Positions 9,954 to 19,119 of a DNA stretch of 35,751 nt are shown here, in pieces (the stretch's first letter is position 1; the number at the start of each line of letters is the position of its first letter). This DNA is from Erysipelotrichaceae bacterium UBA6182 (lineage in GTDB: Bacteria; Bacillota_I; Bacilli_A; Erysipelotrichales; Erysipelotrichaceae). Below the pieces are notes generated by a model. It was given only the letters and a program-made list of their open reading frames with translations. It was not told the origin of the DNA and did no database searches. The stretch is taken from positions 1-35,751 of the forward strand of contig DITO01000109.1 of the NCBI GenBank assembly GCA_002422065.1, written 5' to 3'. The translations under genes and the position numbers were made by a program.

Positions 9954-10339
9954 GGATCTTCTGGTTTTTTCTTTTTCTTAGATAAGAATAAAATGACTTC
10001 AACTACGATGGCAAAAATGACTGACAGAAACATAATGACAAATGCAGACATTAATGCTGAGACGTGAAGGAAGGCTTCATTAGGAATAGCAAGATTACTA
10101 AGTAAGACATAAAAACCTACAATATAACCCAGGAAATAAATGACTAAGCCAACTCCTTTATTGAAGTAGGAGAAACCTAGTGTTAATACACCATGAATAA
10201 CACCAAGAAGAACAAATGAATATAGTATTGGCCATTCAAAAGGACGTTGTGTGAGTGTGAAAACTCCAAAACTCATCAATGCTATGGTACTTGCTAAAAT
10301 GAGCAAGCCAAGAAAAATTGAATATTTTCGTAAGGACAT
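9941..10339 (-). CDS. Small integral membrane protein, unknown function
   Basis: About 4 TM helices and a lysine-rich C terminus. Convergent with rlmH and overlapping it by 13 nt. The third-codon ATG (10339) has better spacing to the GGAGG SD (10348-10352) than ATG 10345. Confidence 0.6.
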   Translation of the reverse strand: MSLRKYSIFLGLLILASTIALMSFGVFTLTQRPFEWPILYSFVLLGVIHGVLTLGFSYFNKGVGLVIYFLGYIVGFYVLLSNLAIPNEAFLHVSALMSAFVIMFLSVIFAIVVEVILFLSKKKKKPEDPHLS

Positions 10340-10398
10340 ATACATGGCCTCCTTTTATTTAGTATAACATATCATAATTAACTTAGTTTTGAAACAAT

Positions 10399-10412
10399 TG
10401 AAATCGGTTTCA
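10399..10412. promoter_or_regulatory. cre-type (CcpA/LacI family) operator upstream of ptsH
   Basis: TGAAATCGGTTTCA matches the cre consensus TGWAANCGNTNWCA at all constrained positions. It overlaps a weak -35 (TTCAAA 10409-10414) placed 18 nt upstream of a TAATAT -10 (10433-10438). Confidence 0.45.
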
Positions 10413-10483
10413 AAGGGAATAATAGTTTCTTGTAATATGTGAAAAAATCGAGTAAAATGAAGTTACAAGTCGGAGGTAGAGAC

Positions 10484-10750
10484 ATGAAAGAAGCCGTAGT
10501 ACTCGTAGTAGATCCTGTAGGGTTACACGCTAGACCAGCAACAGTCGCAGTCAATGCAGCTAGTAAGTTTAAATGTGAAGTTAAAGTTGCCTTTAAGGGT
10601 CGCTCAGTAAACATGAAATCGATCATGGGAGTAATGTCATTAGGCATTCCTACTCAATCAGAAATCACAATCACATGCGATGGAGACGATGAAGAACATG
10701 CACTCGCTACTATCGTCGATGTTTTACGCACACAAAACGTCATCCAATAA
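10484..10750 (+). CDS. ptsH: Phosphocarrier protein HPr
   Basis: 88 aa from ATG 10484 with a GGAGG SD at 10472-10476. His15 motif GLHARPA and Ser46 motif NMKSIMGVMSLG. The listed GTG 10439 start is an unlikely extension. Confidence 0.95.
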   Translation: MKEAVVLVVDPVGLHARPATVAVNAASKFKCEVKVAFKGRSVNMKSIMGVMSLGIPTQSEITITCDGDDEEHALATIVDVLRTQNVIQ

Positions 10751-10763
10751 GCGAGTAAAAATT

Positions 10764-10788
10764 GAAGATGTCTCATCTTCTTTTTTTT
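10764..10788 (+). terminator. Rho-independent terminator after ptsH
   Basis: GAAGATG-tct-CATCTTC stem-loop followed by 8 T. Confidence 0.85.
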
Positions 10789-10810
10789 CAAAATAAAGGC
10801 GGAACACTGT

Positions 10811-12502
10811 ATGAACAATCGTTATGAAGCATGGAAAACACATGCTGTTTTAGATTCTTATACTAAACAGCAACTCCTTAATCTTTCGCCTCAAGAGATT
10901 GAGGATTGTTTTGGTGCTGAAGTAGAATTTGGCACTGCAGGGATGAGAGGTCTATTAGGACCAGGACCTAATCGATTAAACTTAGTAACTATAAGAAAAG
11001 CAACAGTAGGCTTTATTTCCTACATTAAGAAAATTCAAGAGACTAACTCAACACTACAAGGTGTTGCTATTGCATATGATAATCGCTATATGTCTCGTGA
11101 ATTTGCTTATGAAGCAGCTGCAACATTAGCTTCTTATGGAATTACATCCTATGTTTATCAATCCTTAAGAAGCACTCCACAACTTTCTTTTACGGTTCGT
11201 GAACTAAAATGTGCAGGAGGGATTATGATTACAGCTTCTCATAATCCTAAAGAATATAATGGCTTTAAAGTATATGATAAAACAGGTTGCCAACTTGTTC
11301 CTCATGATATTGATGAAGTTATTAAAGCCATTAGTAATATCCAAGATGAATTAGCAATCGTTGTAGCAGACCACCACCATTTAAGTCCATTAATTCGTGA
11401 AGTTGATCCATGTATTGACAAACTCTACCAAAAGAAAGTCATGGATATAGCACTTCGTCCAGAAGTTAATAAAGATATAAAGATCGTATTTACCTCTGTT
11501 CATGGTGCAGGTTTTCCTATTGTGCCAGATGTTTTAACAGCAAGTGGATACAATGTCGTTAATGTAGAAGACCAAATCATATATGATTCAGCATTCTCTA
11601 ATACAAAGTCTCCAAACCCTGAAGAAGCCATCGCTTATGAGCGAGCCATTGAAGTAGGGAAAGAAATTGATGCAGATGTCTTGTTATGTACAGATCCAGA
11701 TGCAGATCGCATGGGGGTTGTTGTTAAACATAACAATGAATATAAGCTCATTAGTGGTAATCAAACTGGAGCTATTATTATTGAATATTTATTAAGTACA
11801 TTGAAAGAAAAACATCTTCTAAAAGAAAGAAGTGTTATCTTTAACACTATTGTTACTTCAGACTTACCAGAAAAAGTAGCAACCCATTATGGGGTTGAAG
11901 TTGAAAAGACTTTAACTGGATTTAAGTTCATTGGAGAAAAGATTGAAGAATACTCAATTACTAAAGAAAAGAACTTCGTGTTAGGATTTGAGGAAAGTTA
12001 TGGATATCTGATCGAGCCTTTTGTACGTGATAAAGATGCAGTACAAGCATGTCTTCTATTATGTGAAGCAGCAGCATACTATGCTACTCAAAACAAAACT
12101 CTACTAGATATCCTAGAGATTCTTTATGCTAGACATGGTTACTATCATGATACTCAAACATCATTGACTCTTAAAGGGATTGAAGGAAGTGCTAAGATTA
12201 AAGCTATTCTTCAAGGGCTACGGGATAATCCATTAACACATATTGGACCACTAAAAGTTCTAAAACAACAAGACTATCAATCACTCACTGAAAATATCAA
12301 TGGTCATATTACACCACTCACAGGGTTTGTGAGTAGTGATGTTCTAAAATATGAATTAGAACAAGGCTCATGGGTTGCAGTTAGACCATCAGGGACTGAA
12401 CCTAAATGTAAGTTCTATTATTGTGTCAAAGGTGAGAATAAAGACCACGCAGAGAAATTATTTAATGAATTACAAGTTAGCATGGCAGCATTTGTGTCAT
12501 AA
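10811..12502 (+). CDS. pgcA: Phosphoglucomutase (alpha-D-phosphohexomutase family)
   Basis: 563 aa. Active-site serine loop TASHNPKEYNGFK, metal loop DPDADR and sugar loop GFEESYG. Confidence 0.9.
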   Translation: MNNRYEAWKTHAVLDSYTKQQLLNLSPQEIEDCFGAEVEFGTAGMRGLLGPGPNRLNLVTIRKATVGFISYIKKIQETNSTLQGVAIAYDNRYMSREFAYEAAATLASYGITSYVYQSLRSTPQLSFTVRELKCAGGIMITASHNPKEYNGFKVYDKTGCQLVPHDIDEVIKAISNIQDELAIVVADHHHLSPLIREVDPCIDKLYQKKVMDIALRPEVNKDIKIVFTSVHGAGFPIVPDVLTASGYNVVNVEDQIIYDSAFSNTKSPNPEEAIAYERAIEVGKEIDADVLLCTDPDADRMGVVVKHNNEYKLISGNQTGAIIIEYLLSTLKEKHLLKERSVIFNTIVTSDLPEKVATHYGVEVEKTLTGFKFIGEKIEEYSITKEKNFVLGFEESYGYLIEPFVRDKDAVQACLLLCEAAAYYATQNKTLLDILEILYARHGYYHDTQTSLTLKGIEGSAKIKAILQGLRDNPLTHIGPLKVLKQQDYQSLTENINGHITPLTGFVSSDVLKYELEQGSWVAVRPSGTEPKCKFYYCVKGENKDHAEKLFNELQVSMAAFVS

Positions 12503-12526
12503 CACAAGGTTTTTCCTTGTGTTTTT
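12502..12526 (+). terminator. Rho-independent terminator after the phosphoglucomutase gene
   Basis: ACACAAGG-ttttt-CCTTGTGT stem-loop followed by TTTT. Confidence 0.7.
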
Positions 12527-12550
12527 ATTATACAAACCAGGAGGTTATTT

Positions 12551-14383
12551 ATGAATAAAAGTACAGTACTCGACAGTTTTTTTTCAGGGCATTGTTTAGA
12601 TGCTCATAAAGTATTTGGTGCGCATTTTGCTTACGAGGGGATAAGTGGGGTACGTTTTACAATTTATGCTCCAAGTGCACGTGCTGTGCAAATTTTAGGT
12701 GATTTCAATTATTGGAATGGTGAACATCATTATTGCGAAAAAGTTGATGAACGTGGAGTATGGTCTGTATTCATTCCTAATGTTATGGAATGGGACATCT
12801 ATAAGATAAATATACAAACCATCTATGGGCATTGGATTGAGAAATCTGATCCTTATGCATTTCATAGTGAAATGCGTCCTAAATGGGGAAATCTTGTGGT
12901 TAACCTAAAGGACTTTGCATGGGGTGATATCACTTGGATGCATCGAAGAGAAAAGAATTTCAATCGACCTCTTAATATTTACGAAATACATCTTGGTTCT
13001 TGGCGAAGAAAATATGGCTATGAATGGATGAATTATGAAGAAATAGCAAATGATCTCATTCCTTACCTCAAACATGGTGGATACACCCATGTAGAGATCA
13101 TGCCTCTTAATGAACATCCTTTTGATGGATCTTGGGGTTATCAAGCTACAGGATACTTTGCGGCAACTTCTCGATATGGATCACCTAAACAACTTATGGC
13201 TCTTATTAATGAACTCCATCTCAATGATATTGGCGTTATCATGGACTTTGTCCCTGCACACTTTGTAAGGGATGGCTTTGGTTTGATACAGTTTGATGGA
13301 ACACCACTTTACGAATATCCTAAACCTGAAGATGCATATTCCCAATGGGGAACTATGATGTTTGATGTATGGAAAGACGATGTTCGTAGTTTCTTATTAT
13401 CTGCAGTTTCTTTCTGGTTAGAAACCTACCATATTGATGGTATTCGCTTTGATGCAGTTGCAAATCTTTTGTTTTGGGAAGGGAATAGACAAAAAGGAAC
13501 TAATGAAGGAGCATTAACCTTCGTTCGTCGAATGAATTATTTACTTGGAGAGCGTTATCCTCATGTGATGCTTATTGCGGAAGATTCAACAGACTTTAGT
13601 GGTGTTACTACACCAACCTTATACCAAGGTTTAGGGTTTGATTACAAATGGGATTTAGGTTGGATGAATGATACTTTGAAATACTATAGTATTGATCCTA
13701 TCTACAGAAAATTTCATCATCATCAATTAACCTTCTCGATGGCTTATTTCTATTCAGAACGCTTCTTACTTCCTTTATCTCATGATGAAGTTGTTCATGG
13801 TAAAGGAACAATCATTAGTAAAATGTGGGGATCTTACGAACAGAAATTTGCTCAAGTGAAGAACTTATATGGCTATATGATGGCTCATCCAGGAAAGAAA
13901 TTAAATTTCATGGGTAATGAATTAGCTCACTTCAGAGAGTGGGATGAGAATAAAGAACTTGATTGGCATTTACTCCAATATTCAAGACATTACTCATTCA
14001 ATCGATACTTTAATGACTTAAACAAAGTATTAAGTCATCATTCTTGTTTATCACGCTATGATTATGAACCTAGAGGATTTAGATGGATTGATGCAGATAA
14101 TACTGAGCAATCAATCTATTCATTCATACGAGAAGATGAAGCAAGTGCTATGCTGATTGTTTTGAACATGACTCCAGAAAGTTATGAACACTTTGATTTA
14201 GGAGTGCCTTATCAAGGGGTTTACACAGAAATCATTAACTCTGAAAAAGACATCTATGATGGTTGTAATCAATGTAATTTCGCTCCTGTTACTAGTTATG
14301 AATACGCTGTACATCATCAACCATACTCGATTAATATTCGAGTGGCTCCCTTTGCAGTCATTTACTTTGAGTTCAAGAAATAG
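12551..14383 (+). CDS. glgB: 1,4-alpha-glucan branching enzyme (GH13)
   Basis: 610 aa (short Firmicute-type N terminus). Motifs DFVPAHF, GIRFDAVANL, IAEDST and PLSHDEVVHGKG. Confidence 0.92.
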   Translation: MNKSTVLDSFFSGHCLDAHKVFGAHFAYEGISGVRFTIYAPSARAVQILGDFNYWNGEHHYCEKVDERGVWSVFIPNVMEWDIYKINIQTIYGHWIEKSDPYAFHSEMRPKWGNLVVNLKDFAWGDITWMHRREKNFNRPLNIYEIHLGSWRRKYGYEWMNYEEIANDLIPYLKHGGYTHVEIMPLNEHPFDGSWGYQATGYFAATSRYGSPKQLMALINELHLNDIGVIMDFVPAHFVRDGFGLIQFDGTPLYEYPKPEDAYSQWGTMMFDVWKDDVRSFLLSAVSFWLETYHIDGIRFDAVANLLFWEGNRQKGTNEGALTFVRRMNYLLGERYPHVMLIAEDSTDFSGVTTPTLYQGLGFDYKWDLGWMNDTLKYYSIDPIYRKFHHHQLTFSMAYFYSERFLLPLSHDEVVHGKGTIISKMWGSYEQKFAQVKNLYGYMMAHPGKKLNFMGNELAHFREWDENKELDWHLLQYSRHYSFNRYFNDLNKVLSHHSCLSRYDYEPRGFRWIDADNTEQSIYSFIREDEASAMLIVLNMTPESYEHFDLGVPYQGVYTEIINSEKDIYDGCNQCNFAPVTSYEYAVHHQPYSINIRVAPFAVIYFEFKK

Positions 14384-14444
14384 GTTTTTATTTGTATCAC
14401 ACTCGATTATTTGATATGATAGCAAAGGTTTAGAGGAGGAAATT

Positions 14445-16844
14445 ATGTTTCAAAACAAAACCGATTTCAAAAGAGACTATACAAAGCGTATTGAAGAAAA
14501 GTACGGACGCTCTGTAGAACAGTCTCACGCAACTGAACGTTACATCATCCTAGGGGATATGGTACGTGATTACGCATCCATTCATTGGAAAGGTAATAAA
14601 GAAGAAATAGCATCTCACAATCAAAAACAAATGTATTATTTTTCAATGGAATTTCTCATTGGAAGATTAATGACGAATAACTTACAAAACCTAGGTATTT
14701 ATAATACCGTTAAGAACGGACTAGATGATTTAGGAATTGATCTTCATGAATTAGAACTACTCGAATCAGATGCAGGTCTTGGTAATGGTGGCTTAGGTCG
14801 TCTTGCAGCATGTTTCTTAGATTCTTTAGCTTCTATGGCTTTACCAGGTCATGGAGTATGCTTACGTTATGAATACGGTCTTTTCAAACAACTTATTGTG
14901 AATGGTGCTCAAGTTGAAGTGCCTGACCAATGGATGAAACTTGGAAACGTATGGGAAATTCGTAAACCTAAACATGCCGTTGATGTGAAGTTTTGGGGTC
15001 GTGTTGAAATGCGTAAAGATGATAAAGGTCGTGTGATCTTTGATCAAGTCGATGCTGAACATGTACGCGCTGTTCCTTATGATATGCCTGTGGTTGGTAA
15101 AGATACACAAACAACGAATACACTTCGTTTATGGGGTGCAGAAGCAAGTGATATTTTACCTAAAAACAAAGATTTCCGTATCTACATTAATGAAGTTAAT
15201 GAAATCACACAAAACGTATATCCAGATGATTCTACAGAGCATGGACGTTTCTTACGTCTAAAACAACAATACTTCTTCGTCTCTGCAGGATTGCAATCCA
15301 TGATTAAAGCACATCTTCGTGTGTATCCAGATCTTTCCAATTTCCATGAGAAGATTTCGATACAAATGAACGATACCCATCCTATATTAGTCATTCCTGA
15401 ACTGATGAGAATCCTAATGGACCAGTATGAGTTCACATGGGAAGAAGCATGGGCAATTACAACTAAAACAGTAGCTTATACAAATCACACTGTACTTGCG
15501 GAAGCTCTTGAAAAATGGCCAGTACATTTTGTTCAACAACTTCTACCACGCATTTACATGATTATTGAAGAGATTAACAACCGATTTATTCAAGAATTAA
15601 GAGTGTTACGTCCTAATAATGAAGGTTTAGTTTATCAACTAGCTATCATTAAAGATGGACAAATCCACATGGCTCATTTAGGAGTAGTCTCTGCTTTCTC
15701 AGTCAATGGTGTAGCACGTCTTCATACAGAAATTCTTAAGAATGATGTTATGAAAGAATTCTATGAAGTCTATCCTTCAAAATTCAACAATAAAACTAAT
15801 GGTATTACACACCGTCGTTGGTTAACATACACCAATCCACAACTTCATGAGTTGATTACAGATCTTATTGGAGACAAATACGTTTATGAACCAAGTGAAC
15901 TTGAAAAGCTACTTCCTTATGCTAAGAAAGCTGCAGTTCAAAAGAAATTCCTTCAAGTTAAACAAGAACGTAAGGATATCTTAGCAACTAAACTGAGAGA
16001 ATGGACAGGGGTTGACGTTGATCCTACATCAATCTTTGATGTTCAAGCAAAACGTCTTCATGCCTACAAACGCCAACTACTTAATGTGTTAAACATCATG
16101 AGTTTAGTGTTTGAAATTGATCAAAATCCTGAATTCACCATGCACCCACGTACATATATCTTTGCGGCTAAAGCAGCTCCTGGATATTACTTTGCGAAGA
16201 AAGTCATCCGACTTATTCATGCGGTTGCAGAAAAGGTCAATAACAACCCTAAATACAATCGTTTCTTTAAAGTCGTCTTTATTCCTAACTACAACGTATC
16301 CGTGGCTGAATACTTAATGAATGGAGCTGATGTGTCAGAGCAAATCTCTACAGCAGGTAAGGAAGCTTCTGGAACAGGGAATATGAAATTCATGATGAAT
16401 GGAGCACTCACTCTAGGAACACTGGATGGGGCTAACGTTGAAATCGATGAATTAGTAGGACGTGATTATACAGTCATCTTTGGACTCACCGTTGACGAAG
16501 TTAATGCACTTAAGAAATCAGGCTATAATGCATTTGAAGAAGTAAATAAACAACCAATACTTAAAAAAGTCATGGATAGTTTACTTGGTAATACTTGGAG
16601 TGATAAAGCGGATGAATTCAGAGCTATTTATGATGAAGTCATGTATCGTAATGATGAATACTTCCTTGCGGCTGACTTTGAAGCATACCGTTTAGCACAA
16701 ATCGAAGTTGAGAAACGCTATCTTGATAAGAAATATTGGGCTGAGATGTGCTTAGTCAATATTGCGAAGAGTGGATTCTTCTCCTCAGATCGTACGATTG
16801 CACAGTATGCCAAAGAAATATGGAATATTAAACCGATTCATTAG
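14445..16844 (+). CDS. glgP: Glycogen/maltodextrin phosphorylase (GT35)
   Basis: 799 aa. Motifs GLGNGGLGRLAACFLDS and the PLP-lysine block EASGTGNMKFMMNGA. Confidence 0.95.
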   Translation: MFQNKTDFKRDYTKRIEEKYGRSVEQSHATERYIILGDMVRDYASIHWKGNKEEIASHNQKQMYYFSMEFLIGRLMTNNLQNLGIYNTVKNGLDDLGIDLHELELLESDAGLGNGGLGRLAACFLDSLASMALPGHGVCLRYEYGLFKQLIVNGAQVEVPDQWMKLGNVWEIRKPKHAVDVKFWGRVEMRKDDKGRVIFDQVDAEHVRAVPYDMPVVGKDTQTTNTLRLWGAEASDILPKNKDFRIYINEVNEITQNVYPDDSTEHGRFLRLKQQYFFVSAGLQSMIKAHLRVYPDLSNFHEKISIQMNDTHPILVIPELMRILMDQYEFTWEEAWAITTKTVAYTNHTVLAEALEKWPVHFVQQLLPRIYMIIEEINNRFIQELRVLRPNNEGLVYQLAIIKDGQIHMAHLGVVSAFSVNGVARLHTEILKNDVMKEFYEVYPSKFNNKTNGITHRRWLTYTNPQLHELITDLIGDKYVYEPSELEKLLPYAKKAAVQKKFLQVKQERKDILATKLREWTGVDVDPTSIFDVQAKRLHAYKRQLLNVLNIMSLVFEIDQNPEFTMHPRTYIFAAKAAPGYYFAKKVIRLIHAVAEKVNNNPKYNRFFKVVFIPNYNVSVAEYLMNGADVSEQISTAGKEASGTGNMKFMMNGALTLGTLDGANVEIDELVGRDYTVIFGLTVDEVNALKKSGYNAFEEVNKQPILKKVMDSLLGNTWSDKADEFRAIYDEVMYRNDEYFLAADFEAYRLAQIEVEKRYLDKKYWAEMCLVNIAKSGFFSSDRTIAQYAKEIWNIKPIH

Positions 16845-16851
16845 TGAATAA

Positions 16852-16879
16852 ACTTGTCTAGTCTTAGACAAGTTTTTTT
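16852..16879 (+). terminator. Rho-independent terminator after glgP
   Basis: ACTTGTCTA-gtct-TAGACAAGT stem-loop followed by 6 T. Confidence 0.85.
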
Positions 16880-16905
16880 ATCTTTTCACATCATTTCTAT
16901 GTGTC

Positions 16906-16935
16906 TTGCACCCCAAAAAAAACGTGTTTTATGAT
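16906..16935 (+). promoter_or_regulatory. Putative sigmaA promoter of the pullulanase gene
   Basis: TTGCAC (16906-16911), 18-nt spacer, then TATGAT (16930-16935). A second TATGAT lies 5 nt downstream. Confidence 0.3.
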
Positions 16936-16960
16936 ATGATTATCATCGCAGGTGAAAATT

Positions 16961-19099
16961 ATGAGAAAAGTTAAACGTTTTGAAGCTCATCTTGATGACT
17001 TCAATCTCATCACAATATATTTATCAAAACAGTACTACCAAGGGAAAAGTGATCTTTTCTATTTAAAAGATGGTTCAGGAAAGCTTCAAAAGTTAACAAT
17101 CAAAACTTTAGAAAATACGTCTCATGATTATGCAAAGTATGTTGTATCTCATCATACTTCCATTCCTATAGGAGAACCTATTGAAATTATAGAAGAGCAT
17201 AGTTTAGCAACCCCACTTCAAATTGGTTTGGTTGTTAAAAAGGATGCTTTTGATGAAATGTATGCTTACCATGGGAATGATTTAGGTGCAAGTGTCACTA
17301 ACACTAAGACTACCTTTAAACTATGGGCTCCTACCGCATGGGAAGTTAAAATCAATCTAAAACACGAAACGATTGAAGGCACTTTTTCAATGATAAAACA
17401 TGAAAAGGGAGTGTTTTATTTTGAAGTACCTCAAAATCTTCATTTGGCTGAATATACCTTCATGGTCTATCGTAATGGACGTTGGATAGAGAGTATTGAT
17501 CCCTATGGTCAATCATCTAAAACGAATGGACAAGTCAGTGTCGTCATTGATCATTCCACATGCTTTGTAGATTTGCAAGAAGATGAACTTCCACCATTTA
17601 TTCAAAAGACTGACGCGGTTATTTATGAAGCTTCTATTCGTGATTTCACCATGGATCCTGCGGGTAATAATCCATATCCAGGAACGTTTAAAGGGTTTAT
17701 TACACAAAACACAGTATCTGATCAAGGGACATTAACAGGCTATGATTACTTAAAGACACTAGGGGTTACTCATGTTCAATTACTCCCTATCTTTGACTTT
17801 TATACTGTTGATGAACAAAACATAAAAACATTTTATAACTGGGGATACGATCCTCATCAATATAACGTCCCTGAAGGAAGTTATTCTACACAACCCGAAC
17901 TTGCTTGTGCACGCATTATTGAGTTTAAAAAATTAGTAGCACAACTGCACCAAGATGGCATGCGAGTTGTTATGGACGTTGTATACAACCATGTCTTTGA
18001 TATGGATGAATCTTCCTTTGAAAAGATTGTTCCTTATTACTACTTTAGACGTGGTGATAATGGAGCTATTTCCAATGGATCTTTCTGTGGTAATGATTTT
18101 GATTCAGGAAGAGCCATGGCTCGACGTTACATCATTGATTCTGTGTCCATGTGGACGAGAGAGTATGGTGTCGATGGATTTAGATTTGATTTGATGGGAA
18201 TCCTTGATGTGGAAACCATGAATCAAGTTGAAGCTACCCTTAAATCAATTAAACCCGATATTATGGTCTATGGGGAAGGTTGGAATATGCCAACCATGCT
18301 TGATGATCATCTTAAAGCATCCATGATGAATCAACATCTTATGCCAAACATTAGTCACTTCAATGATTTCTATCGTGATCATGTTAAAGGGAAAACCAGT
18401 GAGAACGAATCCTCTGTAAAAGGGTATATCGCTGGAGATGTGAATTATAAAGAAGCCATGAAAATGTCTTTAGTAGGAAACACCTATGATTTCCCTTATG
18501 TAAAACTATTTTCATCACCATCTCAATCCATTAATTACGTAGAATGTCATGATAATGCAACGTCTTGGGATAAACTAAAGGAATGTTGTAAGGAAGACTC
18601 TAAAGAAGTGAGAGTAAAGAAGCATAAAATGCTTATTGGTTCAATCCTATTATCATGTGGTATCCCATTCATTCATAGTGGTCAAGAGTTTGCTCGCACT
18701 AAGAATGGGGCTCATAATTCATACCGTTCTTCAGATTTAGTGAATCAAATCGATTGGCAACGTAAAGATCGCTATAGTGATATTGTGGCTTATACTCAAG
18801 ACATGATTAAACTTAGAAAGCAATTAGCCCCACTACGTTTTAATGAAACAGAACTTATTCGTAAACATCTAAGTTTCACTGATCTTCAAAACTCTATATT
18901 ACTCATGGAATTTAAGGATGTGAAAGCGTATGGAGAATACGATCATATCCAAATTTTCTTTAATCCTACAGGACAAGTCATGTACCATCGTTTAAGTGAT
19001 TATTATGAGTTACTTGCGAATGAAGCAGGACTTATTGGACGCTTACCAGTACAAAGTTTAACTATTAATCCACACACGATTGTTGTGGTCGCAAAATAA
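16961..19099 (+). CDS. pulA: Type I pullulanase (GH13), no signal peptide detected
   Basis: YNWGYDP signature plus GFRFDLMG, YGEGWN and VECHDN catalytic regions. ATG 16961 follows an AGGTGA SD and is preferred over GTG 16952. Confidence 0.85.
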   Translation: MRKVKRFEAHLDDFNLITIYLSKQYYQGKSDLFYLKDGSGKLQKLTIKTLENTSHDYAKYVVSHHTSIPIGEPIEIIEEHSLATPLQIGLVVKKDAFDEMYAYHGNDLGASVTNTKTTFKLWAPTAWEVKINLKHETIEGTFSMIKHEKGVFYFEVPQNLHLAEYTFMVYRNGRWIESIDPYGQSSKTNGQVSVVIDHSTCFVDLQEDELPPFIQKTDAVIYEASIRDFTMDPAGNNPYPGTFKGFITQNTVSDQGTLTGYDYLKTLGVTHVQLLPIFDFYTVDEQNIKTFYNWGYDPHQYNVPEGSYSTQPELACARIIEFKKLVAQLHQDGMRVVMDVVYNHVFDMDESSFEKIVPYYYFRRGDNGAISNGSFCGNDFDSGRAMARRYIIDSVSMWTREYGVDGFRFDLMGILDVETMNQVEATLKSIKPDIMVYGEGWNMPTMLDDHLKASMMNQHLMPNISHFNDFYRDHVKGKTSENESSVKGYIAGDVNYKEAMKMSLVGNTYDFPYVKLFSSPSQSINYVECHDNATSWDKLKECCKEDSKEVRVKKHKMLIGSILLSCGIPFIHSGQEFARTKNGAHNSYRSSDLVNQIDWQRKDRYSDIVAYTQDMIKLRKQLAPLRFNETELIRKHLSFTDLQNSILLMEFKDVKAYGEYDHIQIFFNPTGQVMYHRLSDYYELLANEAGLIGRLPVQSLTINPHTIVVVAK

Positions 19100-19118
19100 A
19101 AGAGGCATTGCCTCTTTT
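19098..19118. terminator. Bidirectional terminator shared by the convergent pullulanase and neopullulanase genes
   Basis: AAAAGAGGC-att-GCCTCTTTT. The A/T-flanked stem lies exactly between stop 19097-19099 (+) and stop 19120-19122 (-). Confidence 0.8.
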
Positions 19119-19119
19119 A

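Noticed and set aside
9930-9960. An SCC-like insertion site at the 3' end of rlmH (orfX is the SCCmec attB in staphylococci)
   Set aside because: The rlmH 3' end directly overlaps a convergent membrane-protein gene. No repeats, recombinase genes or compositional shift are present.
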